64,000 nt of DNA, from positions 204,600,001 to 204,664,000 of the forward strand of contig OZ024740.1 of NCBI GenBank assembly GCA_964016885.1. Reading direction: 5' to 3'. Within the stretch, counting starts at the first letter, position 1. Each line of letters opens with the position of its first letter. The notes beneath the pieces were generated by a model, which was given only the letters and a program-made list of their open reading frames with translations, searched no databases and was not told the origin of the DNA. Shown one piece after another: positions 1 to 12,199 of the stretch. This DNA is from Eledone cirrhosa (taxonomy: Eukaryota). A program made the translations under genes and the position numbers.

Positions 1-39
1 CAATATCTTTCATTAGAAATATGGTAACGAAAGGGTTAA

Positions 40-392
40 GAGTTGATTTGAGACTTGAAACAACACCTGTAGACATGCTTACAATATCAGAAAACACTAC
101 AGCTCCCATCACTTTCGGGAACATTTTTTCCACGCTCAGAGTTGCTGAAGCATGGAACAAATTACCTGCATCAGTTGTTTGCTGTCAGGACACTGCATCC
201 TTTAAAACTTCTATGCTTCCTGAAATTTGCCAATACCACACCTATTATTCTCCCTATATACACACGCAAGCATGTGTGTGTATCATGACTCATAAACTGT
301 CCATTTTCCTGACATTTGTACATTATTCTATGTACTATACATGTACCTTTGATGAGTTGTAGTGCACCTGAGTACTGTGAACAATAATATGT
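40..392 (+). mobile_element. CR1-like LINE 3' fragment just downstream of the NUCB stop (antisense)
   Basis: Encodes ...LRVAEAWNKLPASVV, typical of a CR1 ORF2 C-terminus. Highly similar to the copy at 12420-12760. Confidence 0.75.
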
Positions 393-442
393 TGAACACA
401 CATACTTACAAAGGATTTCATTGTTGTTATCCAAATATGGCT

Positions 443-907
443 CTATTGGTGCTGTTGAACCACAGGCTGCTGTTGGTGCTGTTGAACCACAGGCTGCTGT
501 TGGTGCTGTTGAACTACAGGCTGCTGTTGGTGCTGTTGAACTACAGGCTGCTGTTGGTGCTGTTGAACCACAGGCTGCTGTTGGTGCTGTTGAACCACAG
601 GCTGCTGTTGGTGCTGTTGAACCACAGGTTGCTGGTGGTGCTGCACTATAGGTTGATGTTGCTGCTGCTGCTGCTGCACTATAGGCTGATGTTGCTGCTC
701 CTGCTGCTGTTGGTGTTGTTGCACTACAGGCTGATGTTGCTGTTGCTGCTGCTGCTGGTGTAAAGCAGTTTGCTGCTGCTGCTGTTGAGCAGCAGCCAAG
801 TGCTGTTGCCTGAGCTTTTCTTGATCATGTACATATTGCTGCTGCTGTTGCTGTTCCTGGTGAGTTTGTTGCTGCATATGAACAACATTTGGATCAACAG
901 GCTGCAC
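443..907 (-). CDS. NUCB2: Nucleobindin terminal coding exon (Gln/His/Pro/Val-rich tail)
   Basis: ttttag|GTG CAG CCT acceptor in phase 0. The frame stays open for 154 codons (VQPVDPNVVHMQQQ...QQHQ) to TAG at 445-443. Confidence 0.85.
   Translation of the reverse strand: MQPVDPNVVHMQQQTHQEQQQQQQYVHDQEKLRQQHLAAAQQQQQQTALHQQQQQQQHQPVVQQHQQQQEQQHQPIVQQQQQQHQPIVQHHQQPVVQQHQQQPVVQQHQQQPVVQQHQQQPVVQQHQQQPVVQQHQQQPVVQQHQQQPVVQQHQ
446..640 (-). repeat. Coding 27-bp tandem repeat (QQHQQQPVV, about 7 copies)
   Basis: Unit gctgttgaaccacaggctgctgttggt repeated in tandem, followed by degenerate copies and CAG tracts up to about 870. Confidence 0.9.
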
Positions 908-2485
908 CTAAAACAGAGAAATATATGGTAAAGATGTTATGATATCACAGAAAACCAATGTGTGTGTGTTCTGTAACTTAGCAGTTGTCCAAAAACAGTT
1001 CAATAAAATAAGTATTGGAGTCAATATGCATGCATGCTTGGTCCCGTAACTCCTGGGAGAGTCGTAGGGGTGCCGTATTGACATATAACATTTCTAGAGC
1101 ATTTTTTAAAAACCTGGCAGATCCCATCTCCTCTCCAGGTCTGAATACAGAAGATTTCTTCCAGAGAAGGATAGAGAGAATGAGAGAATGGAAGCGAGAA
1201 AGGGATATAGAGGAAGAATCGACCCCAGTATTGACTTGTACTTTTTTTTAATCAACCTCGAAAGGCTGAACGGCAAAATTGACCATGGCAGGATTTAAAC
1301 ACAGAGAGCAGAGAACCAAAACAAATACTGGAAAGCATTCTATTCAACGTTCTAATGACTGCCAATTTGCCGCCTATGGCGTCGATATAATCAACTAACA
1401 ATCCCTTCAAGGTTTGTGCTGGTTGCCGTCTAATGACTGAAACCAGTAAAAGACTAAGATAATAATGGTTTACATCAATCAGGGTACTCTCCATTGTTCT
1501 AGGGTAGAAGACAAATATTTGAAAGGTCGGGGTCATGACTGACTTATGAATTCATATTTCTGGGTCAAAATATTAATCAATTAATGGTCATATTTCTAAT
1601 GAAATAATAATCTGTAGTTTAATTAATTAGCCCATTACTAGTGGATAATTTGTTGTGAAAATTTGCAATATTAGGCTAAAGGCTTTAATTTTTAATGTGA
1701 TGCAGTCATAATGCTTTTTTGTACTCTATTTAAAGACTGTCTTGCTAATGTGGTTTCATATGATTCATGATATTACAGTAACAGAATTTAGAATAGTAAT
1801 TCAACAATAAATGTAAGAACTAGTTCGTTTATATTTCAAATACTCTAAAAAAAAATCAATACTCTAAATGAACCATTACTGCCATTTCTCCCACCTATAA
1901 ATCTGAAGTTACATAATAACTTCAGATTTATAGGTAGGAGAAACTGGATTGACTGTACATACTCTTTAGTATTTAAACCGGCTGTAACCAACCACTCATA
2001 TTGATATTAAGGTATTGTTCTCAGAATAAATAATATCAAAATCTCATAGATTCGATATTATGCGTGAAAATATAATAGTAAATATAGAGTAATGTATATA
2101 CTAAAGGGTTAAAGGGCCAGCCTTTACACAAAATATGTCACACTGAATCTCCCTGAGAATTGTATTAAGGGTTTACATATCTGTGGAATACTCGGCCATT
2201 TGCACATTAATTTCACAAACAGGCTGTTCTGTTGTTCAAACAACTAGAACACTGATTGTTGACAGTAATGGCAAACCATTCCAACACAACTTAGGTTGAT
2301 ATATGGATATTCTTCATTCTACCCTGGAGTATGAGAATTATGTTAGTACAATCTTTCTAATTACATTTCATTAAAGGTATTTTCCTTAACAAACAATTTT
2401 GTATCATAGAACCAAGGGTGATTTCAGGCAGTTTGGTTTCAACTAAGTTATTGATAGATATTTAAATAGATAAACTGTTTCTCAC

Positions 2486-2614
2486 CACTTGTCCTGGTTG
2501 AGCCAAATTATCATAAATTTGTTGTTTTTTCATACGTTCTTCTTCTTCACGTAACATTTTCTCATACTGTTCCATTTCTTCTTCAGAATAAATTTCATCA
2601 TCTTCATCCAAGCC
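2486..2614 (-). CDS. NUCB2: Nucleobindin coding exon 9
   Basis: aag|GGC...GTG|gtgaga. GLDEDDEIYSEEEMEQYEKMLREEEERMKKQQIYDNLAQPGQV resembles the NUCB LDxxxxYTEEELxxYE segment. 129 nt. Confidence 0.88.
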
Positions 2615-3499
2615 CTTCACAAGTAAAATAAATTTTCAAAATTATGGATTACAAATACACTTACCCTTTATCATCATCCTCATCATTAAATATGGTGTGA
2701 AAGAGAGAAGATTGTGATGTTATGGACACATGATGTGTATGTATGATGGCTGTTGAGTAATGAAGTGCTGGTAGCTCCAATTAAAAAGTAGTTGCAGAAA
2801 AGGAAAACTAAAGAGGACATAGGCAGAAGTGATGAGAGTTGATCTCAGGATACTGAACCTCACAGAAAAGATGAAGAAAAGCTGTACTGGAGATGACACA
2901 TCCAACTCATGCAAGCATGGAAAAGTGGATGTGATTACATTGATGATGGTGATGAAGATGACTACATCTGTTCTCACAGTGAGCATTCTAGTTGTTCAAA
3001 CATTGGAACAGCCTGCTCATAAAATTTACATGCAGGTGACTGAGCATTCCACAGATTCATGCATCTTTAATGTAATTCTGAGAGAGATACAGCATGACAT
3101 ATTGTGTGACAAGGCTGGCCCTTCGAATTATATGAACAACTCATTTTTGCTAATTGAGTGGACTGCAGAAACATGAAATAAAGTGTCTTGCTCAAAGACA
3201 TAACATAATGCTGAGTATCAAACTCATGACCTTATGATTGTAAGCCAAACTCACTAACCACTAAGCCATGCACCTTCACACCCACCACACATTATATAGA
3301 CTCAAACATCAGATACTCCATAACATCTAAGTTTTCTTTAATAATTGTGATCAGTGTTAGCTGTCCAAGAAAGATTGTTGTTTTTGACATTAAGCGAGCT
3401 GATGGAAAAACCAACAATATTGATGATGATGATGATGATTATAATAATCCCTGTAACTTTGAATCCTTAATCAATAAATATAAGAAATGAAATATCTAC

Positions 3500-3682
3500 C
3501 TTCCATCCTTCATCTTTGTTAAACTCTTCGCGCTCAGTAAGAAGTCGAAATTCCTCTTCATCCAAAAGATGGTTATTATCAGTATCTGCTTCTTTAAAAA
3601 CATGTTCCCTCATTCGATTAATTTCTTCTTTGGCTTCTTTCATATCATCCTCAGGATTATTTGGATCATACATCTTTTCAAT
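3500..3682 (-). CDS. NUCB2: Nucleobindin coding exon 8 (acidic region, EF-hand 2)
   Basis: tag|ATT...AAG|gtagat. IEKMYDPNNPEDDMKEAKEEINRMREHVFKEADTDNNHLLDEEEFRLLTEREEFNKDEGWK contains the YDPxNxEDDM and RMREHV motifs. 183 nt. Confidence 0.95.
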
Positions 3683-3842
3683 CTAACAACATAAAAGTAG
3701 TATGCTTCTAATGAAAGATACTGTTTATTATTTTCAAATAAATTTGAAAATAATCAAGAATTTGGAGAGGGGGTTTTACTAATATAGCTCACTTTCTCAT
3801 TATTCATTTCGTGTTTGGAGTATAACTTAAAGGTTCTTACTT

Positions 3843-4054
3843 AAAACCCTTTAGCATTTAAATCAGCCACATCCGCCCAGAATTCTCTCACTTTTTTCTG
3901 TTCAAACCGGCCATAACCAGCTGCTCATACTTATGTTAAGGTATTATTCTCAAAATAAATATCAAAATATCATAGATTCAATATTATGTGAGGTAAAGCA
4001 TTTACTGTGAAAATACAATAGTAAATACAGAGTAATGTAAATGCTAAAGGGTTA
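3843..4054. mobile_element. piggyBac-like MITE, family A
   Basis: Termini CCCTTTAGCATTTA...TAAATGCTAAAGGG flanked by TTAA-like sites. Related copies at about 1960-2112, 9427-9628 (inverted) and 38213-38425. Confidence 0.7.
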
Positions 4055-4152
4055 AAATTATGAAGAAAGGTTTTTAGATAAATAGAATTACTTTAAAATA
4101 GCTTTGTATCATAAAACCAGGTGTAATTTCAAGTGGTTTGCTATCAAAAAGG

Positions 4153-4605
4153 TTAACCCTTTCTTTACCATATTTCTAATGAAATATACTGACTATATAT
4201 TTTAGTTAATTTTTTAAATAACCAAGAATTTTGTGGATTTAGTAATGTAACTAACTTGTCGATTATTAATGTGAAAGTAAAATTATAACAGAGCCTCCCC
4301 TGCCTCTGGCTATCTACTATCTTCCTACATGCCTCCTTCATAAATTCATAACTGCACGGGATTGATGTAGTCTCTGCAAGTTGTGGGACAAGGTAGCCCT
4401 GCTAGGAGAGCTGTAATAAATAAGACTACACAGGGTAGGCATGTGTTCCGTAAACCACAGAAAAGCTAATGTCTTGCAACGTGAGGATCAGAGATGTGGT
4501 GTTCCACATCACTAAGCAGTGTATCCATGATGATTGCTTCAAAATGAGTGTTTTCTGTATGATAAACAATGACAATCTTAGGCAGGTTGGTATCAAAAGG
4601 GTTAA
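4153..4605. mobile_element. piggyBac-like MITE, family B (with internal insertion)
   Basis: TTAACCCTTTCTTTACCATATTTCTA...GGTATCAAAAGGGTTAA. Related copies or fragments at 1-40, 7067-7677, 23672-24020, 28220-28426 and 38640-38820. Confidence 0.6.
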
Positions 4606-4777
4606 GAAGAAAGTTCTTTAACCACATAACCACTCGAAAACTATACCCACACTCTTTATTATAGTCTGAGATAAATTATGTCTGAATATAAGATGCAATG
4701 GTTATGATTGGAATTCCTTTGATCATTGCTCTGCTCAATCAGAGCTGCCTGGGGTTAAACAACAACAAATACATTAC

Positions 4778-4836
4778 CTCTCTTGTAAATAGAGCTTCTA
4801 CTTCACTTGGTTCTAGCACACCATCACCATTGACAT
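4778..4836 (-). CDS. NUCB2: Nucleobindin coding exon 7 (EF-hand 1 loop)
   Basis: tag|AT...GAG|gtaatg. DVNGDGVLEPSEVEALFTRE has a canonical DxNxDGxLxxxE EF-hand loop. 59 nt, phase 1 to 0. Confidence 0.93.
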
Positions 4837-6065
4837 CTAATCATCATTATTATATGAAAATAAAATATTGAAGATGGAATTGTTAGACTTTCTTAACAAA
4901 ATATCAACGAAATTATAAAATTTACACTAAAATTAAAGATGTAGTCATTCCAATGCAAATAACCATAATAATAGTCAATCCTTATAAGTATTTGAGAAGT
5001 ACTCCAGGAGACAGAAAATGTGAACAGAAGCACCCTCCAACTTTCTCAACTATTATTTATAGTTATCAGCTATTATTATAGTCATTTGCATTGAGATGAC
5101 TGCATTTAGAATTTCAAATTTTTCCAGTGCTTCTTAAGTCAAACAGTTGTTTAAAATTTATATTGATTCCTTTAATTAGAAAAGAAAGGAAATGAAAAAA
5201 GCCAATTTTCCAAATCAGACCAAAGAAACTATGTTTCCATTGATCTTTCCATTGAAGATACTATCTGTCAGTCATAACAGCTGACAGAAGCATCACGGTT
5301 TTTTCATTGACAGATTTGAACTCAGAACCCATAGAGCCAAAATAGATACCACAAAGTATCTTATCCAATGCTTTAACAATTCTGCTAATCCACAGACCCA
5401 CCGGATTGGTACTTTATCAACTCCAAAATGATGAATAGTAAAGTTTGCCTCAGCGAGATTTGAACTCAGAGTGCAGAGAGCCAAAATGAATAACATAAGG
5501 CATTCTATATGATGCCCAAATGACTGTCAAATTGTTGCCTTAAGATAAAAGGTATAGATTTAAGAAACAAATAAAAAGAAAAATTTGTCAATAAACGGCC
5601 TTAGGTACGACCATGTAGTTTTAATATCTGTCAGTAAATAGCCACAAGTACAGTCATGTAGTTTTAAAATCTGGCTATGTAGTTTAAACATTTTTTTCTC
5701 AACCACTATGCAGCATTTAGACAAATACTTTTTACAATAGACTCAAGTTAACCAATGTTGTGTCAGTGAAATTTAGTGGCTGAAAACTATGCAAATCATG
5801 CAAAAATGCTTTAAACTGTGTATTCCATCCAAGTTACGTCCCTTTAAGGGTGGATTTGATTTTCAATCCTTATGTGATCAATAAAGTATCTATATATTTA
5901 ACTGTGAAAGCAATGCCACAACACAGTTACCATCGAATAATGGAAAAACATCACCACCACCACCACCACCACCATCAACATCATTTTACATCTGTTTTTC
6001 CATGGTGGCAGAAGTTGGTCTAACTTCTCTGCCAGTAAAAAAAAAAGTAAAAAAAGAATACACAC

Positions 6066-6156
6066 CATGTAGCTTAAAGAAGGTTTTGGGATTAAAGTTT
6101 TCTGGATTTAGATGATCGACTTCTTCCCAAACTTCCTCGAGTTGATCTTTGCTAAC
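6066..6156 (-). CDS. NUCB2: Nucleobindin coding exon 6
   Basis: aag|GTT...CATG|gtgtgt. [30 protein letters not shown] resembles GSKDQLKEVWEETDGLDPxxFxPKTFFxLH. 91 nt. Confidence 0.95.
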
Positions 6157-6267
6157 CTTTAAAACAGAAAAAATAAACAGTAACAAAAATTAAGCACTTT
6201 TATGTTATTATCATTGAAAAGAAAGATTAGAATAAATGTCAAAATGATTGTCCATACAGTCTACAAG

Positions 6268-6545
6268 TGGAGGCACATCATTGCCTAGTGGTAAGGGTGT
6301 TGGACTTACGATCATAATGTCATGGGTTCCATTCCTGAGCTGGGTTGCATGTGTTCTTGAACAAAATTTCATTTCAGATTGCTCCAGTATACTCAGCTGA
6401 AAATGAGTACCAGCAATAGCTAGGGGTTTAGTCCTGCGATGAACTGGCATCCTGTCAAGAGGAAAGTCTTGTACTTTAAGTTGCTTCACGCCATGGAAAG
6501 CGGGATAAGCACCGGCCTAACGAGCCTTCTGGCTTAAGACAGACT
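6268..6545 (+). mobile_element. tRNA-derived SINE
   Basis: Head has an A-box-like TTGCCTAGTGG and a B-box-like GGTTCCATTCC. A homologous copy lies on the minus strand at about 37466-37712. Confidence 0.7.
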
Positions 6546-8617
6546 TAGATACATTCTACAGCCAGTAATATTATAATGCAGCATAGATTCTGCTTTCTCC
6601 TTATCAAGCAAATAAATAGTTCATCTTTTCAATACTGGAGCAATTAAAGTAATAACTTTTGGATAATTCATCAAACAACCTAACTAGGAGAGCAGTAACT
6701 TGAAATAAATATGTGCATGAACAACAGATTATCTAGAAGAGTAGTAACTGATAAATACTTACACAAAGGATAATCTAAGAGAGCAGTAACTTGCACAGAG
6801 GATAGCTCAATTAAGGGAGCAGTAATTCTGTATTTAAAAAATGCACAAAGGTAATGTGGACTCTGTAAGCTGTTGTGGGGGTAACCTATCTAATAGAATA
6901 GTAACTGATTAAAAATCGATAGAGTGAGGAGGGACAACTTTTGTTATAACAGAGAACCTTTCTAGTGCTGATGGTATGATAAAATGCACTCAATTCCCAC
7001 TGTAAAGTGGTTGGTGATAGGAAAGGCATCTAGCCAGTAAAATCATGCCAAAGATATTTGAAGTTAACTTTAAACTTTTCATTAACATATTTCTAATGAA
7101 ACACACTGCCTGTGATTTTCATATAATTTTGAAATAATCAAGACTTCAGAGGGATTTAGGAATATAACTTTCATTATTATAGGTTAGCTTTGCCTTTCAC
7201 CCTTACAAGGGTTGATAAAATAAAGTACTAGTAATGCACTGGGATCAATTTATTCGACTTTCCCCTCCCCCCAAAAATTGTTGGCCATTAATATAGGTCT
7301 TTACATAAAATTATAATTGAATGTTTTTAGATAAATATAAACATTTTGATAATGAAAATTATTGTGTGCAGCTCAGGTGCACTACAAGAATAATGGTTTC
7401 TGTTTTAGGGACAAGGCCAGCAATTTTGGGGGAGGAGAAAGTCGATTAAATCGACCTCAGTGCATGATTGGTACTTTATTTTATCAACCCCGTAAGGATG
7501 AAAGGCAAAGCTAACCTAGACAGGATTAGAACTCAGCGTGTAAAGGGCCTTAACTCTATGCCACAAAGCATATTGTCCAACGCTCTACCAATACTGTCAA
7601 TCCACCGCTCTAAAATAAACAACTTGGTATCATAGAACCAGAGTCAGTTTCAGGTAGTTTGATATCAAAAGGGTTAACAGAAGAACAAGCTTCAAAGGTT
7701 TATTGTCTTATTTTTTTAAAGTTTTGTCTTATCTGGAATAGAATAGACCACTGTTGGTCCTGATGTGCTCTGGTTGTTCTATTAATGAAACAGTCTGTTC
7801 ATGAAATTAATGTGCAAGTGGCTGAGCATTCAACTGACATGTGTAACTTTAATGTAATTCTCAGGAAGATTCAGCATGACATTGAAGCTATGCTAAAATA
7901 TGGAATGCATAAGCAAGGTATGGTATCCAGCTCATCCTGTCTCAGATCATGACGACCCATCCAGCTCACACCAGTATGGAAAGCAGACATATGATGATGA
8001 TGATGATGATGACAGTATGTGACAAAACTGATCCTTTAAATTATAGGTAGAGTCTATCCTACAGGCATCCAAACAGTGCTTGAACCCAATTTCACTCACA
8101 AGGCATGAGTCAACCCGAGGCTATGGTAAATGACACTTGCCCAAGGTACTAGTGTTCTGCAATGAGATCAAAATTGAAGCCTTATGATTGCAAAATAAAC
8201 TTCTTAACCATTTGGCCATGTTGCATCTATTGTCTCCTCTCGTCATCATCATCATTTAACATTGGTAGAACGGGCTGTCCCTCTGTGAGAGATCAAGTCG
8301 GGCGACCATCATTTCCTCACATACAACTGATTTGGGCTTGTTTTCGCTGACTGGGTGCCCTTCCTAATGCCAACTACATTACAATGTGTACTGGCTGCTA
8401 TTGCGGTGACACTGACACAACCACTTTACAGCATAGACTGGGCACTTTTGTTGTGTCGCCAACATGACCACTTTACAGTGTGGTCTGGGCAATTTTTGTT
8501 GTGTCGCCAACATGACCACTTTACAGCATAGACTGGGCACTTTGTTGTATCGCCAACACAACCAATAATATTGAAAAGTTATAGGGTATGTGATATCATT
8601 AATATCATAAAACTAAC

Positions 8618-8803
8618 CGGATGATGCAACTTAGGATGTTGTTTGTGTTTCTCTTTCATTTCTTTCGCCTCCTGAGTTGCGATAATTCGTTGACTTTCAT
8701 TCATATGAGCTAGTTTTTCCTTCAGTTCATGTTCTTTTTTCATCTCATATTGTTTAAACTCTTCTTTCCTCTCTCGATCCAACTCATCCAGATCATATGT
8801 AGC
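8618..8803 (-). CDS. NUCB2: Nucleobindin coding exon 5
   Basis: cag|GCT...CCG|gttagt. ATYDLDELDRERKEEFKQYEMKKEHELKEKLAHMNESQRIIATQEAKEMKEKHKQHPKLHHP contains the EEFKxYEMxKEHE and HPKxxHP motifs. 186 nt. Confidence 0.95.
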
Positions 8804-9678
8804 CTGTTAAAATAAACAGTGAAAAATGTTTTAATATTCCAGATTTACAAATGAATACAACGTAAAAAGTTAGCATATATGTATGTGTACAGAAAAATAG
8901 TAACAAAAAATTATTTACAAGATGGAAGCCTTGGAGTGGGGAGACCCAAGAACTGAAGACATTTCTCCGGAGGATGGTGAGGAAGACGCACTGGAAAAGC
9001 CATTACAGCTCATGAGGCTCACACTTTTGGGTAGCCAACTCTGTGCTGATGGTGGTGAGTAGAGAGGTGGCCCTAGGACCAAAGACACAAGAAGTCTCCT
9101 ATATAGACTCAAACAACAGATACTCCATAAGATCTAAGTGTTCTTCTTTAATAATTGTGATCAGTGTTAGCTGTCCAAGTAAGATTGTTGTTTTTGACAT
9201 TAAGCGAACTGATGGAAAAACCAACAATCAATGATGATGATTATAATAATTCCTGTAACTTTGAATCCTTAATCAATAAATATAAGAAATGAAATATCAT
9301 AATAGCTCATTTCCTATGGAATTATTGCATTAATAAAATCTGATGAAGTGTGTACAGCTTCTAAAATCATTGATCATTGCACAAACGCATTTTTTAGGCA
9401 CAATGCAGAATCTAACCATTTAAGAGTTAACCCTTTAGCATTTACATTACTCTATATTTACTATTGTATTTTCACGGTAAAATCTTAATATCAATCTATA
9501 AGATTTTGATATTTATTTTGAGAACAATACCTTAACATCGGTATGAGTGGCCAGTTACAGCCAGTTTGAACAGAAAGAGGTAAAAGAATTCTGGCTGGAT
9601 ATGGCCAGTTTAAATGCTAAAGGGCTAAACTGTTTATGTTTTGAACAGTGTTATACCATATGACAGTAAAGTATCTAC

Positions 9679-9776
9679 CTGTTTGATGAGTTTTGCCAAA
9701 TCTTCTTTTTCAAATGAATGTGGGTTATCCAAATTAACATGATGTAAAGCTACTCCTTTGCTAGCTCTTTCTTCTA
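9679..9776 (-). CDS. NUCB2: Nucleobindin coding exon 4
   Basis: ccag|TA...CAG|gtagat. (V)EERASKGVALHHVNLDNPHSFEKEDLAKLIKQ resembles NUCB HLxxxNPxxFExxDLxxLI. 98 nt, phase 1 to 0. Not in the supplied ORF track. Confidence 0.9.
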
Positions 9777-9993
9777 CTGGAAAAAAATTTCAGTAAAAGA
9801 AATTCACAAGTTTATAAATGCATCTTTCAAAAGGTATTCATAGCCACAATGAAAAAACATACCCAAACAAAAATATCCAATTTCTTATTTTGTTAATATT
9901 TCTGTAAAATAGTTGGCAATTAAATGGAAACAATATAAAGCGTGAAACTAAAAATACTTTTTGTACCTCTGTTTTGTCGTTTCCTTTAACTAA

Positions 9994-10520
9994 TCTATAT
10001 ATATAAAGCTGTGGTTGTCTGTCTGTCTATCGATTTTTGGCACACATCTCCTCTTAGAATCTCTGACGGAATTGCACCGAAATTGCTATACTTGTACATT
10101 GAGCCCTAGCGAAGACATCGGAAAAAATATATTTCAAATTGACCCACCCTATGTGACAAAATCGAATCTAATGTGTCGATTTTTGAGCGTAAGTGACGAG
10201 TTATTTCCCTTTGTTCTGTTTACATTGAGCGTCTTACGTTGTTTTTCTCTGCGTTGCAGTGTTTACATTTTCGATCTTTGTTAATAAATAACCAGTGCAG
10301 TTTTTATCCCCAGCATCCTCTTTTGTTATAACATTCGGGTTATCATTATGTTTTCTTAACTTCATAAGGCATATTGTTGGTTGAGGGAATATTAATCAAA
10401 AACACCACATGCAAGTCTGCACAGTAGACACTACAGTTTTTAAGCCAAAAAAGAAACTTAACATTGTAACTTTAACACGGCTACTGAGCGACCCCGAGCA
10501 ACGCCGGGCTTTACTGCTAG
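9994..10520 (+). mobile_element. Non-autonomous Helitron
   Basis: Starts A|TCTATATATATAAAGC with gtct microrepeats. Ends in hairpin CCCGAGCAACGCCGGG then CTAG|T. Inserted at an AT dinucleotide with no TSD. Confidence 0.8.
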
Positions 10521-10699
10521 TATATATATATAAAGAAAAGGCAATGACATTTTATTTAAATGTTTTTAATGATTATCAACCTGTTATGTAACATTGTTCA
10601 AGATCCCCTATAGAAGCTATGGACCTGACACCAGCATCGATCTGCCCATCAAACTTGGTGATTCACCAAGTAAATTATTGAATCACCTATACCATATAT

Positions 10700-11310
10700 A
10701 TATGTGAACGACAAAGCATAAATGAATTGAGAGAGAGACTGAGCATAAGAGGAATCAAATGCTGCGTGCAGGAGAGGCGGTTACGCTGGTATGGACATGT
10801 GATGCGTATGAAGGATGACAGCTGCATAAAAAGGTGCAGAGCACTAGAAGTTGATGGAAACCGCGGAGTGGGGAGACCCAAGATGACTTGGGATGAGGTG
10901 ATAAAAGCCGACCTTACCCAACTACACCTCTCAAAGACAATGACACACGACCGTGACTTCTGGCGTCACGCAGTAATACAGGGTACCCGACCTCCCATGG
11001 ATACATGCTGAAGCATATAAACAATATGCCCCCACACCCCCCACCGCAAGGTGGTCGTGGAGGTGCCACGGCAAAAAAGCACCCAGCCCACACTGTAAAG
11101 TGGACGTGTAGGCGCCACGAAAAAGCACCCAGCACTCACTGTAAATGAGGTTGGTGTTAGGAAGGGCATCCAGCTGTAGAAATCAAGCCAGATCAGTTCC
11201 TGTATGAGCAAGGCATGGTCAGCCGACCAGACACTGCCCACAACAGGACAACCCGTCTAACCCATGCTAGCGTGGAAGAACGGACGTAAAATGATGATGA
11301 TGATGATGAT
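10700..11310 (+). mobile_element. 5'-truncated RTE-clade LINE
   Basis: RRLRWYGHVMRMKDDSCIKRC...RGVGRPKMTWDEVI is the same family as the 31376-33352 copy. 3' UTR ends in an (ATG)n tail. Confidence 0.85.
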
Positions 11311-12199
11311 TATATTATATCATCATTTTTACGTCCACTTTTCCCCGTTTGCACAGGTTGGACAGGTCCTTCTCAGCACGGAATCTCTTCACAGGTCGCA
11401 ATCCTTTGTCATTGCCTCTGAGTCTGTGATTTGACGTCTTCTCTCAACCTCTGCCCAGGTTTTTCTTGGTCATCCTCTATAGCGACTTCCTTCCACTGGC
11501 ATTTCCTGGCACTTCTTCACCCAAGGATTATTGTCCATGTTCATCACATGTCCAAACCAATGCAATCTTCTTTTCTGCACACCACCTCAGATTCCTCTTA
11601 AACACAGCTCCCTCAACTCATCCAAGTTCTGCCTTTCTTGTGTACCCAAGATTTACATTATGACAATGTATGGAGTTTATGCCTACTCCCTTTCTACGTA
11701 TTAAGCAGGGCCACTTCCGTGAAGGAATTAGTGTCCTATCTTTTCTCCTACTCACTAGCACTTTAGTTTTGGCTAAGTCTACTCTCAGGCCTTTTGATTT
11801 TAAATTCTGTTTCCATAGTCAGAACTAATTTTCTAGACCTTGGGACATAACAGGTAGAGACAAGTTATGCCTTTAGGCAAATTACACAAATATAGAGTGT
11901 GAAAGGGCTTAGCCAAAGGAAAAAATGTAGAAAGGAGAGAAATAGTAAAACAGAAAAGAATATGGATTATTGTCCAACATGCTGACAAAGAAGGTCACTA
12001 AGGTGTAGAAAAAGAAAGAAGGGAGAAAAGGAGAAAACAGGCCAAGCGGTGTGATGTCTATTATATGATAGTTTTAAAAAAAAAAAAACGCATGGCTAAG
12101 TCTTTAGAATATAAATTCAAAATAGAGAGCACACAGGACAAAGACAATGAAAAAAAAACATTAGGTAGATGAGAGAGAGAAAGGTGTAGCCACACTTAG

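Noticed and set aside
362-763. Plus-strand Leu-rich and AVGAVEPQA ORFs
   Set aside because: These are antisense shadows of the Gln-rich NUCB terminal exon.
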